64,000 nucleotides of DNA from an uncultured bacterium. GTDB lineage: Bacteria; Edwardsbacteria; AC1; EtOH8. Position numbers and translations under genes: made by a program. Position 1 is the stretch's first letter, and each line of letters starts with the position of its first letter. This document shows positions 10,090 to 20,564 of the stretch, piece after piece. The notes under the pieces were generated by a model. That model was not told the origin of the DNA and did no database searches. It saw nothing but the letters and a program-made list of their open reading frames with translations. The stretch spans positions 1 to 64,000 of the forward strand of contig CAWAAX010000016.1 of assembly GCA_963780225.1 (NCBI GenBank). Reading direction: 5' to 3'.

Positions 10090-10872
10090 ATGCTCCCAGA
10101 CATTTTTAAAATAGGACACCTGACCCTGCACAGTTACGGCCTGATGCTGGCCCTGGCCTTTCTGGCCGGGATCTGGCTGATGGAACTGCAGACCAGGAAA
10201 ATCGGGTTGGACAAGAACCTGATCGTTGACCTGGGCGTGTTCATCATGGCCGGCTCGGTCATCGGTTCCCGGCTGATGTACGTGGCCACCCATTGGAACG
10301 AGTACTCCTCAAACCCCTGGCAGGCTTTGGCGGTGTGGCAGGGAGGTCTGACCTTTTACGGCGGGTTCATCCTGGGGACCTTGACGGCGGTGGCCTATTG
10401 CCGGGTTCGGGAAATATCCTTCTGGACCATCGCCGACATTGCGGCGCCCGGGTTCGCCATGGGCCTGGGCCTGGGACGGATCGGCTGTTTTCTTAACGGT
10501 TGTTGTTTCGGCAAACCCAGCCAGTTGCCCTGGGCGGTTACTTTCCCCGCCAACGGCGCGGCCGGGTTAACGGCGGGCTGCCCGGTGCATCCCACCCAGA
10601 TTTACGAAGCCTTGTTCGGCTTTGCGGCCTTCGGACTGTTGTGGGCCCTGCGGAACAGAAGAAAGTTCCCCGGCTTTTCCCTCTGCCTGCTCTTTTTGCT
10701 CTATGGTATATGGCGCTTCATCAGCGACCAGTTCCGGATATATGAGCAGTCCCAAAGATGGAGCTTTGGTTTGACCAACAACCAGTGGATCAGTCTGGGC
10801 ATCATTTTATTTGCAATCACGGCCGGTTTGATGTTAAAATTACGAAAAGACAGAGAGACCATCGCCCACTAA
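10090..10872 (+). CDS. lgt: Prolipoprotein diacylglyceryl transferase
   Basis: HSYG, WQGGLTFYGG, GRIGCFLNGCC, HPTQIYE. Confidence 0.95.
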   Translation: MLPDIFKIGHLTLHSYGLMLALAFLAGIWLMELQTRKIGLDKNLIVDLGVFIMAGSVIGSRLMYVATHWNEYSSNPWQALAVWQGGLTFYGGFILGTLTAVAYCRVREISFWTIADIAAPGFAMGLGLGRIGCFLNGCCFGKPSQLPWAVTFPANGAAGLTAGCPVHPTQIYEALFGFAAFGLLWALRNRRKFPGFSLCLLFLLYGIWRFISDQFRIYEQSQRWSFGLTNNQWISLGIILFAITAGLMLKLRKDRETIAH

Positions 10873-11020
10873 AAAACACGAAAAGGGTTTAACATTTTTC
10901 GTGCATTTCGTGGGTAAATAAATGCCGCTGTAGCTCATCCGACTTCGCCCGCAAAGTATATAAATCCAGCCGGCTTCGTGGGACAGGGTTGGTATAGAGT
11001 AAATTTGTTTTTATATTTAA

Positions 11021-11096
11021 GCCGCTGTAGCTCAGTTGGTAGAGCGACGCTCTCGTAAAGCGTAGGTCACCGGTTCGATTCCGGTCAGCGGCTCCA
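11021..11096 (+). tRNA. tRNA-Thr(CGT)
   Basis: Acceptor GCCGCTG/CAGCGGC, anticodon arm ACGCT-CTCGTAA-AGCGT, T-loop GGTTCGATTCC, encoded CCA. Confidence 0.97.
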
Positions 11097-11292
11097 TGCT
11101 TGGTTTGGGCTTGTCCGCCCCTTTGATTGCAAAGCATGCGGTTATCCCTTCGGCATAGCTCAGGGCAAGCCTCAGGGCAGGCTCCGCTTTAGCGCAGGGG
11201 GATCAGCGGCTCCATGCTTTGCTTTTGCCTCGCCCCGTGCAGACGGGGTCAGCGGCTCCACAACACATCACCAACTTGACCGTTTTGACAAC

Positions 11293-11928
11293 ATGGACAG
11301 CAGACAGATCAAAGAGACCAAGTTCTGGGATAAGTTCGCTGGAAACTACGACTTATTCATAAAGAACACGGTCAGCAAGACATACGGCATCATACTCGAC
11401 AAGATCGCCGCCGAGTTAAAAAAAGACCAGACTGTGCTGGAGATAGGCACCGGGACCGGCATAATGTCCTTTGCCCTTTGCTCTAAAGTCTCCTCCATAA
11501 CCGCCTCGGACATATCTCCCGAAATGATCCGCATCGCCAGACAAAAGCAAAAGGATCTGGGCATCGGGAACATCGACTTTCAGGTCCAGGATTGTTACAG
11601 CCTGAAGATCCCCGACGGTTCTTTTGACGTGGTGATCGCATCCAACCTGCTGCACCTGCTGTATGAGCCGGAGAAGCCGGTAAGGGAGGCCGGGAGGATA
11701 TTGAAACCCGGCGGGATCTTCATTGCCCCGACCTTTTGCGTGGGCGAAAACATGAAGAGCAGAATCATCGCCAGTGTGGCGGGGGCGCTGAGCGGTTTCA
11801 GGATCGTCAATAAATGGAGCGTGGGCGGGCTTAAGGTCTTTCTGCAAAACAACGGTTTCACGATCATCAAGGATGAAAAGATCGACGGCAGGTTTCCCCT
11901 GGCTTACCTGGTGATGAAAAAATCATAA
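11293..11928 (+). CDS. Class I SAM-dependent methyltransferase (UbiE-like)
   Basis: VLEIGTGTG, DISPEM, FDVV, LKPGG. Confidence 0.9.
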   Translation: MDSRQIKETKFWDKFAGNYDLFIKNTVSKTYGIILDKIAAELKKDQTVLEIGTGTGIMSFALCSKVSSITASDISPEMIRIARQKQKDLGIGNIDFQVQDCYSLKIPDGSFDVVIASNLLHLLYEPEKPVREAGRILKPGGIFIAPTFCVGENMKSRIIASVAGALSGFRIVNKWSVGGLKVFLQNNGFTIIKDEKIDGRFPLAYLVMKKS

Positions 11929-11946
11929 AACTACAGGCGGTATATT

Positions 11947-13296
11947 TTGACCTCTCATGACAAACTGATGATCAGCGTGGCCGGCATCCGGGGGATAGTG
12001 GGCCAGAGCCTGACCCCGGAGAATGTCTCCGGCTTCGCCGCGGCCTTCGGCACCTTTTGCGGACAGGGAAAGATCGTGGTGGGCCGCGACTCCCGCCATT
12101 CCGGGCCGATGCTGGAATCGGCGGTGGAAGCGGCTTTGCAGTCCGTGGGCTGCGATGTCATCAAGATAGGGATCGTGCCCACCCCCACCGTCCAGCTGAT
12201 GGTCAAAGAGCTGGGGGCCAGGGGCGGCATCGCCATCACCGCCAGCCACAACCCGCCCCAGTGGAACGCGCTGAAATTTGTCTCCGGCGAAGGGATCTTC
12301 CTGAACAAAAGGCAGGGGCAGAAGGTCATAGCGCTCTATGAGAACCGGCAGCAGAAGTATACCGGCTTCGACGGGCTGGGTTTCTCGTTCCGTTACCAAA
12401 GCGCTTTAGAGGACCATGTCCAAAGAATACTTGATCTGCCGTTCCTGAACCTGCCCTTGATCAGGAAAAAAAGATACAAGGTGGTCACCGACACCTGCCA
12501 CGGGGCCGGCGGCCCGATCTTTGAATTGCTGCTGAAGAAACTGGGCTGTCAGGTGATATCGCTTTATCCCGAGACCAACGGCGATTTCCCCCGGCCCATC
12601 GAGCCCCAGGCCAGGAACCTCAAAGCGCTGGAGGCCGCGGTCAAAAAGCACAAGGCCAACATCGGCTTTGCCACCGACGCCGACGTGGACCGGCTGTCCA
12701 TAGTCTCCAACCAGGGGAAAGCTTTGGGCGAGGAATATTCCCTGGCCCTGGCCGTGATGTTCATGCTCCGGAATAAAAAAGGCCCGGTGGTGACCAACCT
12801 TTCCACCAGCCGGATGGTGGAGGATGCCTCGGATAAATTCGGGATCAAAGTGATCCGCACCGCCATCGGCGAAGCCAACGTGGTAAGCGCCATGAAAAAG
12901 AGCCGGGCCGTGATCGGCGGAGAGGGCAATGGCGGCATCATAATCCCGCCGCTGAATTACGGACGCGATGCCACCGCTGGGATGGCCCTTATACTTCAGC
13001 TGATGGCCCAGAGCGGCCGGAGCATTTCGCAGTTATCTGAAGAACTGCCGAAGTACTGCATGATCAAGGAAACGCTGGAAGTGAAGGAGCCTTCAAAGTT
13101 ATTGGCTTTGGTAAAAAAGAAATTTTTTGGACAGAAGATGGATGCCAGCGACGGGGTGAAGGTCATATTCCAGGATTCCTGGGTGCACGTCCGTTCCTCG
13201 GGCACCGAGCCGATAGTGCGGGTGATAGCCGAGGGCAAAGACCGGAAGACAACCCTAGGGTTGGTTGATTCCATCAAAAAGCTGCTTATTTCATAG
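11947..13296 (+). CDS. glmM: Phosphoglucosamine mutase (alpha-D-phosphohexomutase family)
   Basis: TASHNP, DADVDR, GGEGNGG, VRSSGTEP; adjacent to glmS; start may be a few codons later. Confidence 0.85.
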   Translation: MTSHDKLMISVAGIRGIVGQSLTPENVSGFAAAFGTFCGQGKIVVGRDSRHSGPMLESAVEAALQSVGCDVIKIGIVPTPTVQLMVKELGARGGIAITASHNPPQWNALKFVSGEGIFLNKRQGQKVIALYENRQQKYTGFDGLGFSFRYQSALEDHVQRILDLPFLNLPLIRKKRYKVVTDTCHGAGGPIFELLLKKLGCQVISLYPETNGDFPRPIEPQARNLKALEAAVKKHKANIGFATDADVDRLSIVSNQGKALGEEYSLALAVMFMLRNKKGPVVTNLSTSRMVEDASDKFGIKVIRTAIGEANVVSAMKKSRAVIGGEGNGGIIIPPLNYGRDATAGMALILQLMAQSGRSISQLSEELPKYCMIKETLEVKEPSKLLALVKKKFFGQKMDASDGVKVIFQDSWVHVRSSGTEPIVRVIAEGKDRKTTLGLVDSIKKLLIS

Positions 13297-13407
13297 AACC
13301 GCTAAGACGCCAAGATCGCGAAGGGTTTTAAAATATGGCTTTGCGTCCTTTGCGTCTTTGCGTTGAATAGATAATAAAAGATAGAATAAACTAATTTATA
13401 CATTATT

Positions 13408-15240
13408 ATGTGCGGAATAGTGGGATACATAGGCGGGGGAAAAGCCCTGCCGGTCTTGCTGGAGGGCCTGAAGCGCCTGGAATACCGGGGCTACGACTCG
13501 GCCGGGGTGGCCCTGATCAAGGACGGCAGGCTGGTGGTCAAGAAGAAGGCCGGCAAGGTCAGTGACCTGGAACACTTGCTGCAGGGCCAGGACCTGGACT
13601 CCGGGCTGGGCATCGGCCACACCCGGTGGGCCACCCACGGCGAGCCCAGCGACCTTAACGCCCATCCCCATGTGGACTGCAGCGGCACCATTGCCCTGAT
13701 TCACAACGGCATCATCGAGAACTACGCCACCCTTAAGAAGAAACTGATCCAGGACGGCCACGTCATCAAGACCGCCACCGATACCGAGGTGCTGGTGCAC
13801 CTGATAGAGGAGATGCTGAAGAAGACCGGCGACCTGTTAACCGCGGTGCGCTACGCCCTGCTGGAGGTGGAGGGCACCTTTGGGATCCTGGTGATATCAC
13901 AGAAAGAGCCGGACAAGATAATAGCCGCCCGCCGCGGCAGCCCCATCGTGATAGGGCTGGGCGAGGGCCAGAATTACATAGCTTCCGACGCCTCGGCCCT
14001 GGTGGAGCATACCCGGCAGGTGGTCTATCTTAACGACGATGAGATCGCCTGCATCACCAAGGAGGCCTGCACCATCAAGACCATCCGTGACCAGGAGGTG
14101 GTGAAGCAGGTGGAGCAGATCACATTGTCCCTGGCCCAGATCGAGAAGGGCGGTTACGACCATTTCATGCTCAAGGAGATATACGAACAGCCGGAATCCA
14201 TCCTAAACTGCCTGCGGGGGCGTTTGCGGGTGGAGGATGGAGACGCCCACCTGGGCGGCCTGCACTCGGTGCTGGACCGGCTGACCAGCGCCAGAAGGAT
14301 CATCATTACCGCCTGCGGCACCTCCTGGCACGCGGCCCTGGCCGGAAAATACATGCTGGAGCAGATGGCCCGGATCCCGGTGGAGGTGGACTATGCCTCG
14401 GAGTTCCGCTACCGCAGTCCGGTGATCGGCCCGGAGGATGTTTTGTTCGTCATCAGCCAGAGCGGCGAGACCGCCGACACACTGGGCGCCCTGCGCGAGG
14501 CCAAGCAGAAGGGGGCGGCCGCCCTGGGAATAGTGAACGTGGTGGGCAGCACCATTCCCCGGGAGACCGAAGCCGGGATATACATCCACGCCGGTCCGGA
14601 GATCGGGGTGGCATCCACCAAGGCCTTTACCTCGCAGATCGCGGGCTTGGCGCTGATCTCCATCATGCTGGCCCGCCGCAAGGGCATGGGTCAGACCCGT
14701 GGCAGGGTGCTGGCCGGAGAGCTGGCCACCATCCCGGAGAAGGTCAAAAAGGTGCTGGAGCTGGACCAGCAGATAAAACAGCTGGCCGAAGAGTTCAAGA
14801 ACGTCCGCAACTTTTTGTATCTGGGCCGGGGCAGCAATTTCCCGACGGCCTTGGAAGGGGCGCTTAAGTTAAAGGAGATCTCCTACGTCCACGCCGAGGG
14901 CTACCCCGCGGCCGAGATGAAGCACGGGCCGATAGCATTGATAGACGAGAACATGCCGGTGGTGGTCGTGGCCCCCAAGGACGCCTTGTACAGCAAGGTC
15001 ATCAGCAACATCCAGGAGGTGCGGGCCCGCAAGGGCCGGGTGATAGCCATAGCCAACGAGGACGACCACGAGATAGACAGCCTGGCCGAGTTCGTGATCC
15101 GGGTGCCCCGGACGGTCAGCTACTTCGGGCCGATAGTCAACGTGGTGCCGCTGCAGCTGCTGGCTTATCATATGGCGGTGGCCCGGGGGTGCAATGTGGA
15201 TCAGCCGAGGAATTTGGCCAAGAGTGTGACAGTGGAATAA
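13408..15240 (+). CDS. glmS: Glutamine--fructose-6-phosphate aminotransferase
   Basis: MCGIVG, LEYRGYDSAG, GHTRWATHG, C-terminal PRNLAKSVTVE. Confidence 0.99.
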   Translation: MCGIVGYIGGGKALPVLLEGLKRLEYRGYDSAGVALIKDGRLVVKKKAGKVSDLEHLLQGQDLDSGLGIGHTRWATHGEPSDLNAHPHVDCSGTIALIHNGIIENYATLKKKLIQDGHVIKTATDTEVLVHLIEEMLKKTGDLLTAVRYALLEVEGTFGILVISQKEPDKIIAARRGSPIVIGLGEGQNYIASDASALVEHTRQVVYLNDDEIACITKEACTIKTIRDQEVVKQVEQITLSLAQIEKGGYDHFMLKEIYEQPESILNCLRGRLRVEDGDAHLGGLHSVLDRLTSARRIIITACGTSWHAALAGKYMLEQMARIPVEVDYASEFRYRSPVIGPEDVLFVISQSGETADTLGALREAKQKGAAALGIVNVVGSTIPRETEAGIYIHAGPEIGVASTKAFTSQIAGLALISIMLARRKGMGQTRGRVLAGELATIPEKVKKVLELDQQIKQLAEEFKNVRNFLYLGRGSNFPTALEGALKLKEISYVHAEGYPAAEMKHGPIALIDENMPVVVVAPKDALYSKVISNIQEVRARKGRVIAIANEDDHEIDSLAEFVIRVPRTVSYFGPIVNVVPLQLLAYHMAVARGCNVDQPRNLAKSVTVE

Positions 15241-15243
15241 AAT

Positions 15244-15272
15244 TGAAGACCCCGCTTATTGCGGGGTCTTCA
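15244..15272 (+). terminator. Stem-loop after glmS (probable terminator)
   Basis: TGAAGACCCCGC-TTATT-GCGGGGTCTTCA; weak U-tract. Confidence 0.65.
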
Positions 15273-15301
15273 TCACTTTATATATGTAAATTTGTAAAAC
15301 A

Positions 15302-16129
15302 ATGAAACATAAAAACGATTCTGATACCAATGCCGAGCAGAAGATAGATTTTAATACCCAGAAATTCAAGCAATTGCTTGAAGAAATGGTTAAAAATGCT
15401 GGCCCCAATACAATTTTTTTCTCTTTAATTATGGCAGATCCACAAATAATTGAAAAGTTGGAAAGAGAAAACAGCGAATTGATAGTTAGGACACCACGAA
15501 AGCCCATTAAAGAAATGTTAATTGATACATTTGATCAACGGAAAGAAGTCGCTTTAGAACTGGTTGATAAAATACCACCCGTATTAGATAATTCAAGGCC
15601 ATCAATACAAACAATTATATGATGAAATTAAGGAATGTGTACTTTTTGGCTTAAAGGGTGCAGCAATTACATTATGTGGGATATTAGTTGAATATGTTTT
15701 GAAGTATGTAACTTACCATTGGGATATACAAGAAAGGACTGTTGTCTTTGATCCGGAAAAGTGGGACAGTATCGTTGAAAAAACACAATTTGGTGGGGCA
15801 ATTACTAATGCAAATATACTGGGTATAATAAGTGAAGATGAAACTAAAACGCTTACACTATTCAAGGATGAAGTAAGAAACCCTTACAGTCATTATAATA
15901 TTAGAAAACTTGTGAAAGATTTTTCTTTGGCGCATCCAAGAATTGATGGCAAATAAAAGAGACGTTAGAAAATGTAGAAACCGTTGCTAGTGAAGATCCC
16001 GCGTTTTTCCCCTATGTTAAAAAATACCGTGACAATATGTTCTTGTCACAAATATATAGCGATGCATATCATAATTCAAGAGTATTACTTGCAAGGCTTG
16101 ATGCCCGCTGGAATATAAAAAAGACATAA
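15302..16129 (+). pseudogene. Frameshifted HEPN/DUF4145-like gene (AT-rich)
   Basis: ORFs 15302-15622 and 15699-15956 join through a frameshift near 15612 (..RPSIQ|LYDEIKECVLFGLKGAAITLCGILVEY..); RNPYSH fits R-x4-H; a second shift near 15950 continues to TAA at 16129. Confidence 0.55.
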
Positions 16130-16181
16130 AATGAGCGGTGCACACTAATTCAAACAGGAAACAAGATAATAAAGGTAGCAT

Positions 16182-17375
16182 ATGGGGTTTTTAATAATTA
16201 TTGCGATATGCTCTTTAATTGGTTTTATTATTTGGGTGACTGAGCAACATTCCAGGGCAAAAAAATATTTAGAGTTGAAGCCAAGATTAGATAATTTGGA
16301 TACGTTAATATCTAATCATAATAAAGATGTCGAAAAACACAAAAACGATATAAAAAGAGAACGCGAAGATATTGATTTAATGGTGAAACAAAAATCAATG
16401 GGTTTCCCATGGTTGGCTGAAGCTTTTGCGGAATATTATCAATTACTAGATAAGCAAAGACAAGATTATCTATTTAATAAAAGCCATCCTGCGTACTCTT
16501 CCGCAGAAGTTGTCAAAGAAATTAAGAAGGAAAAAAGAGAGCTACTTAAATCAAATAAATTAATTGGTTATAAAATCAATTATTATGAAAAATTATTTCC
16601 ATGGTTGACAGAATTAATTGCTGAAAACGAAGGTGAAGATATACCTGTAAGAATGAGTGAGGATGCCACTGACAATAACGATATTGACGATAGAACCAAA
16701 AACTATTTGACCCCAGAAGAATATACAAAATTACCATCAGTAGTCAGAAATCAAAAAGCATTAGACAGGTACTTATCAAACAGGCATAAATCAAAATGGG
16801 CGATTGGCAGAGATTACGAAATGTATGTTGGCCATTTATATGATCAGAGAGGGTATTCAATTGAGTATAAAGGCATAATTGATGGGTTTGATGATTTGGG
16901 TAGAGATGTTATAGCCACGAAAAACGGAGAAGTCTGTATTGTACAATGTAAATATTGGGCAAAGTATAAAGAAATTCATGAAAAACATATTTTTCAACTC
17001 TTTGGCACAACGATGGAATACTGGATTAATAATTTCAAAATATCAGAAAAGCCAAAAACCTTTGAAGAGTTCGCAAAATATTTAAATGAAGATAAACTTA
17101 GACCTATATTTTTTACGTCAACGGCGTTATCAAACAAAGCAAAAGAAATGGCCAAAGTATTAAGTATCGAAATTATTGAAAATAAACCTATAGGAGAGTT
17201 CCCAAGGATTAAATGTAATATTTCCGGTAAAGACAGAGAGAAAATATATCATCTACCTTTTGATCAACAATATGACAGAACAATTATTGACAAGAATAAA
17301 GGTGAGTTTTATGCTGTCACTGTTAAAGAGGCTGAGGATGCAGGCTTTAGGAGAGCATTTAAGCATAGATTTTAA
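16182..17375 (+). CDS. Membrane-anchored Mrr-like PD-(D/E)xK nuclease with small C-terminal domain
   Basis: N-terminal TM plus coiled coil; 'GRDYEMYV', 'DLGRDVI...IVQCK'; C-terminal 'IKCNIS..KIYHLP..YDRT..EAEDAGFRRA'; AT-rich. Confidence 0.75.
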   Translation: MGFLIIIAICSLIGFIIWVTEQHSRAKKYLELKPRLDNLDTLISNHNKDVEKHKNDIKREREDIDLMVKQKSMGFPWLAEAFAEYYQLLDKQRQDYLFNKSHPAYSSAEVVKEIKKEKRELLKSNKLIGYKINYYEKLFPWLTELIAENEGEDIPVRMSEDATDNNDIDDRTKNYLTPEEYTKLPSVVRNQKALDRYLSNRHKSKWAIGRDYEMYVGHLYDQRGYSIEYKGIIDGFDDLGRDVIATKNGEVCIVQCKYWAKYKEIHEKHIFQLFGTTMEYWINNFKISEKPKTFEEFAKYLNEDKLRPIFFTSTALSNKAKEMAKVLSIEIIENKPIGEFPRIKCNISGKDREKIYHLPFDQQYDRTIIDKNKGEFYAVTVKEAEDAGFRRAFKHRF

Positions 17376-17379
17376 TATA

Positions 17380-17988
17380 AAGGAACCACATTTCTGTCTT
17401 AAGGAAGGTCATTCCACTCGTAAGGAAGGGCCTTCTTTGCTTAAGGAGGCCTCGTCATCGTCTAAGGAACCGCATTCCAGTCTTAAGGAGGCTCATTCCA
17501 CTCGTAAGGAAGAGCCTTCTTTGCTTAAGGAGGCTTTGTCATCGTCTAAGGGAGCACATTCCAGTCTTAAGGAACCGTATTTCATCCGTAAGGAAGCATA
17601 TATAACCTCGAAGGAACCATATTCCACCCGTAAGGAAGCACATTCTTCGTGGAAGGGAGCTCATTCCACCCGGAAGGAAGCATTATCATCGTGGAAGTAA
17701 GGGCATTCCACCTGGAAGGAAGCATATTCCACCCGGAAGGAAGCACTATCATCGTGGAAGGGAGCACATTCCACCTGGAAGGAAGCACTATCATCGTGGA
17801 AGGGAGCACATTCCACCCGGAAGGAAGCACTATCATCGTGGAAGGAAGCTCACGTAAGCTGGAAGGAAGCCTTTGCATCGTGGAAGGAAGGGCATTCCAC
17901 CCGGAAGGAAGCACTTTCATCACGGTAGGAAGCTAATTCTTCATGGTAGGAAGCGTTTTCCAGTTGGTAGGAGGCGTATTTTGGCACA
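17380..17988. repeat. Degenerate 21-nt tandem array (about 29 units)
   Basis: AAGGAA(G/C)-type anchor recurs every 21 nt from 17380 to 17968; higher-order 84-nt then 42-nt periodicity. Confidence 0.9.
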
Positions 17989-18030
17989 AAATATGAGATC
18001 TGTAGGGGTAAGGGACCAGCCCCAGGCTTC

Positions 18031-18112
18031 GGACCGCCCCCTAATCCCCCTCCCGGTAGGAGGGGGAGGCTTGATTTCCCTCCCCTTGCGGGGGAGGGGC
18101 AGGGGTGGGGTC
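18031..18112. repeat. C/G-rich double-hairpin palindromic element
   Basis: CCCCCTCCC..GGAGGGGG and CCCTCCCC-TTGCG-GGGGAGGGG; related copies at 18171, 41229, 58185, 61192 and 63960. Confidence 0.75.
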
Positions 18113-18125
18113 AATTTGTTTTACA

Positions 18126-18154
18126 TTGACACTTAATATCTCTTATGCTACAAT
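18126..18154 (+). promoter_or_regulatory. sigma70-type promoter of uvrB
   Basis: TTGACA, 17-nt spacer, TACAAT preceded by TG (extended -10). Confidence 0.7.
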
Positions 18155-18217
18155 AATTTCTTAACAAAACTCCCTCGCCTAATGCGTTAGGAGAGGGTCG
18201 GGGTGAGGTCAAAAACA

Positions 18218-20308
18218 ATGAACCAGTTCAAACTCGAATCCACCTACAAACCCACCGGGGACCAGCCCCAGGCCATCCAGCAACTGCTGGAAGGCATCAA
18301 CGCCGGGGTCAAGGACCAGGTGCTGCTGGGCGTTACCGGCAGCGGCAAGACCTTTGCCATGGCCAACGTCATCGCAAAACTCAACCGGCCCACTTTGATC
18401 ATCTCCCACAACAAGACCCTGGCCGCCCAGCTTTACGGCGAGTTCAAGGGCTTCTTTCCCCACAACGCGGTGGAATACTTCATCTCCTATTACGACTACT
18501 ACCAGCCCGAGGCCTACATCCCGTCCAGCGACACCTACATCGAGAAGGACGCCTCCAAGAACGACGACATCGACCGCTTAAGGCTCAAGTCCACCGCGGC
18601 CCTGCTGGAACGGAGGGACGTGATCATAGTGGCCTCGGTCTCCTGCATCTACTCCCTGGGCTCGCCCGACGAGTGGAAGGAGTATGTACTTCTGCTGGAA
18701 CTGGGGCAGAAGGCCGACCGGGAGGAGATAATGAAACAGCTGGTCCGCATCCAGTACTCCCGCAACGACGTGGCCTTCGAGCGGGCCACTTTCAGGGTTC
18801 GCGGCAACTTCATCGAGGTCCATCCCGGCGACGAGAACATCGGAATCCGGATAGAGCTGGACGACGAGAAGGTGGTAAAGCTTTCCCAGTTCGACCCCCT
18901 GACCGGCACGGTGATGGAATCGCGGGACCGGGTGGCGATATATCCCACCAAGCATTTCGTGGTCTCCCCGCCCCGGCTGGAGACGGCCTTCCAGAGCATA
19001 GAAGAGGAGCTCAAGTGGCGGGTGGCCGATCTGACCAACAACGGAAAACTGCTGGAGGCCCAGCGCATCCAGCAGCGCACCAAGTACGACCTGGAGCTGA
19101 TCAAGGAGCTGGGCTACTGTTCCGGCATCGAGAACTATTCCCGCTATCTCTCCGGGCGCAAGGAGGGCGAGCGGCCCTTCTGTCTGCTGGATTTCTTTCC
19201 CAAGGACTATCTGCTGATTGTTGACGAGTCCCATGTCACCCTGCCCCAGATCGGCGGGATGTACGCCGGGGACCGCTCCCGCAAGGAGACTTTGGTGGAA
19301 TTCGGCTTCCGCCTGCCCTCGGCCATGGACAACCGGCCCTTAAGATTCCCGGAGTTCGAGTCCATGGTCAACCAGGTCATCTATACTTCCGCCACACCGG
19401 CCGACTACGAGATGGAACGCTCCAAGGGCCATGTGGTGGAGCAGATAATCCGTCCCACCGGATTGGTGGACCCCGAGGTGGAGGTGAAACCCATAGCCGG
19501 GCAGATAGACGATCTGTTGGAGCAGATCCGCCAGCGGGTGGAGCGGAAGGAGCGGGTGCTGGTCACGACGTTGACCAAGAAGATGTCCGAGGACCTTTCG
19601 GAATATCTTGACCAGGCCGGGGTCCGGGTGCGCTACATGCATTCGGAGATTGATGCCATCGAGCGGGTGGAGATCCTGCGCGGCCTGCGCCTGGGCGAGT
19701 TCGATGTCCTGGTCGGCATCAACCTTCTGCGCGAGGGCCTGGACCTGCCGGAGGTTTCCCTGGTCGCCATCCTGGACGCCGACAAGGAGGGCTTTCTGCG
19801 CTCCCACCGGGCGCTGATCCAGGTCTCGGGCCGGGCGGCCCGCCACGTCCAGGGCAAGGTCATCATGTACGCCGACCGTATCACAGACTCCATGAAAAAA
19901 GCGCTGGACGAGATGAACCGCCGCCGCACCGTCCAGCTGGCCTATAATAAGAAGCACGGCATCACGCCGCTGTCCATCATCAAGTCCATAGAAGAGGTGA
20001 TGCTGGCCACTTCAGTGGCCGACTCCAAACAGCAGGTGGTCAAGGACGAGCTGGCGGCCTACAAGGTCTCCGGGCTGTCAAATGAAGAGATCATGGCCCA
20101 GCTGGAGAGGGTGATGTTCGAGGCGGCCGCGGCCATGGACTTTGAGCGGGCGGCGGTGGTCAGGGACCAGATCAAGGAACTGAAGGGGGACGAGGCTCCG
20201 GGAAAACCCAAGCGGACGGGGGGGATCAAGGCCCCCGCTTCCTTCGGGGCAGGCAAACCGGACTTCGGGGTGAAGAATGTCCGAAGCAGCAAGAGGAAAC
20301 CAAAATAA
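18218..20308 (+). CDS. uvrB: Excinuclease ABC subunit B
   Basis: [45 protein letters not shown] at 18218 preferred as start. Confidence 0.99.
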   Translation: MNQFKLESTYKPTGDQPQAIQQLLEGINAGVKDQVLLGVTGSGKTFAMANVIAKLNRPTLIISHNKTLAAQLYGEFKGFFPHNAVEYFISYYDYYQPEAYIPSSDTYIEKDASKNDDIDRLRLKSTAALLERRDVIIVASVSCIYSLGSPDEWKEYVLLLELGQKADREEIMKQLVRIQYSRNDVAFERATFRVRGNFIEVHPGDENIGIRIELDDEKVVKLSQFDPLTGTVMESRDRVAIYPTKHFVVSPPRLETAFQSIEEELKWRVADLTNNGKLLEAQRIQQRTKYDLELIKELGYCSGIENYSRYLSGRKEGERPFCLLDFFPKDYLLIVDESHVTLPQIGGMYAGDRSRKETLVEFGFRLPSAMDNRPLRFPEFESMVNQVIYTSATPADYEMERSKGHVVEQIIRPTGLVDPEVEVKPIAGQIDDLLEQIRQRVERKERVLVTTLTKKMSEDLSEYLDQAGVRVRYMHSEIDAIERVEILRGLRLGEFDVLVGINLLREGLDLPEVSLVAILDADKEGFLRSHRALIQVSGRAARHVQGKVIMYADRITDSMKKALDEMNRRRTVQLAYNKKHGITPLSIIKSIEEVMLATSVADSKQQVVKDELAAYKVSGLSNEEIMAQLERVMFEAAAAMDFERAAVVRDQIKELKGDEAPGKPKRTGGIKAPASFGAGKPDFGVKNVRSSKRKPK

Positions 20309-20564
20309 TTACCGGAACGCAGATATACGCTGATTGGAATCGATCAACGCAGCTATATAAATATCATTTATATTAGGAATCCATGAAACCATGAACAATT
20401 AACTGTGAAAACCTTATCGATTCCTGCGTTCCTGGTTTCCTTATAGAATAAATTCATTTGTATTCGTCCATTGTGTAATTAATTAAGTGCTCTGGTTCAT
20501 ATTTAAAAAACGATCTGCGTTTATCAGCGTCCCGAAATTAAAACAAAATACTGATAGGAACAAA

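Noticed and set aside
13297..13407. glmS ribozyme upstream of glmS
   Set aside because: The short spacer is occupied by a staggered palindrome and AT-rich sequence; no ribozyme core recognised
15241..15301. Tn7 insertion at the glmS attachment site
   Set aside because: No recognisable Tn7 end with repeated TnsB sites and no tns genes
17380..17988. CRISPR array
   Set aside because: The period is only 21 nt, the variable parts recur, there are no unique spacers and no cas genes
17260..18136. ORFs 17260-17700, 17582-17923, 17649-17936 and 17873-18136 as genes
   Set aside because: They are open frames produced by the 21-nt repeat or the palindrome, with no convincing RBS or start
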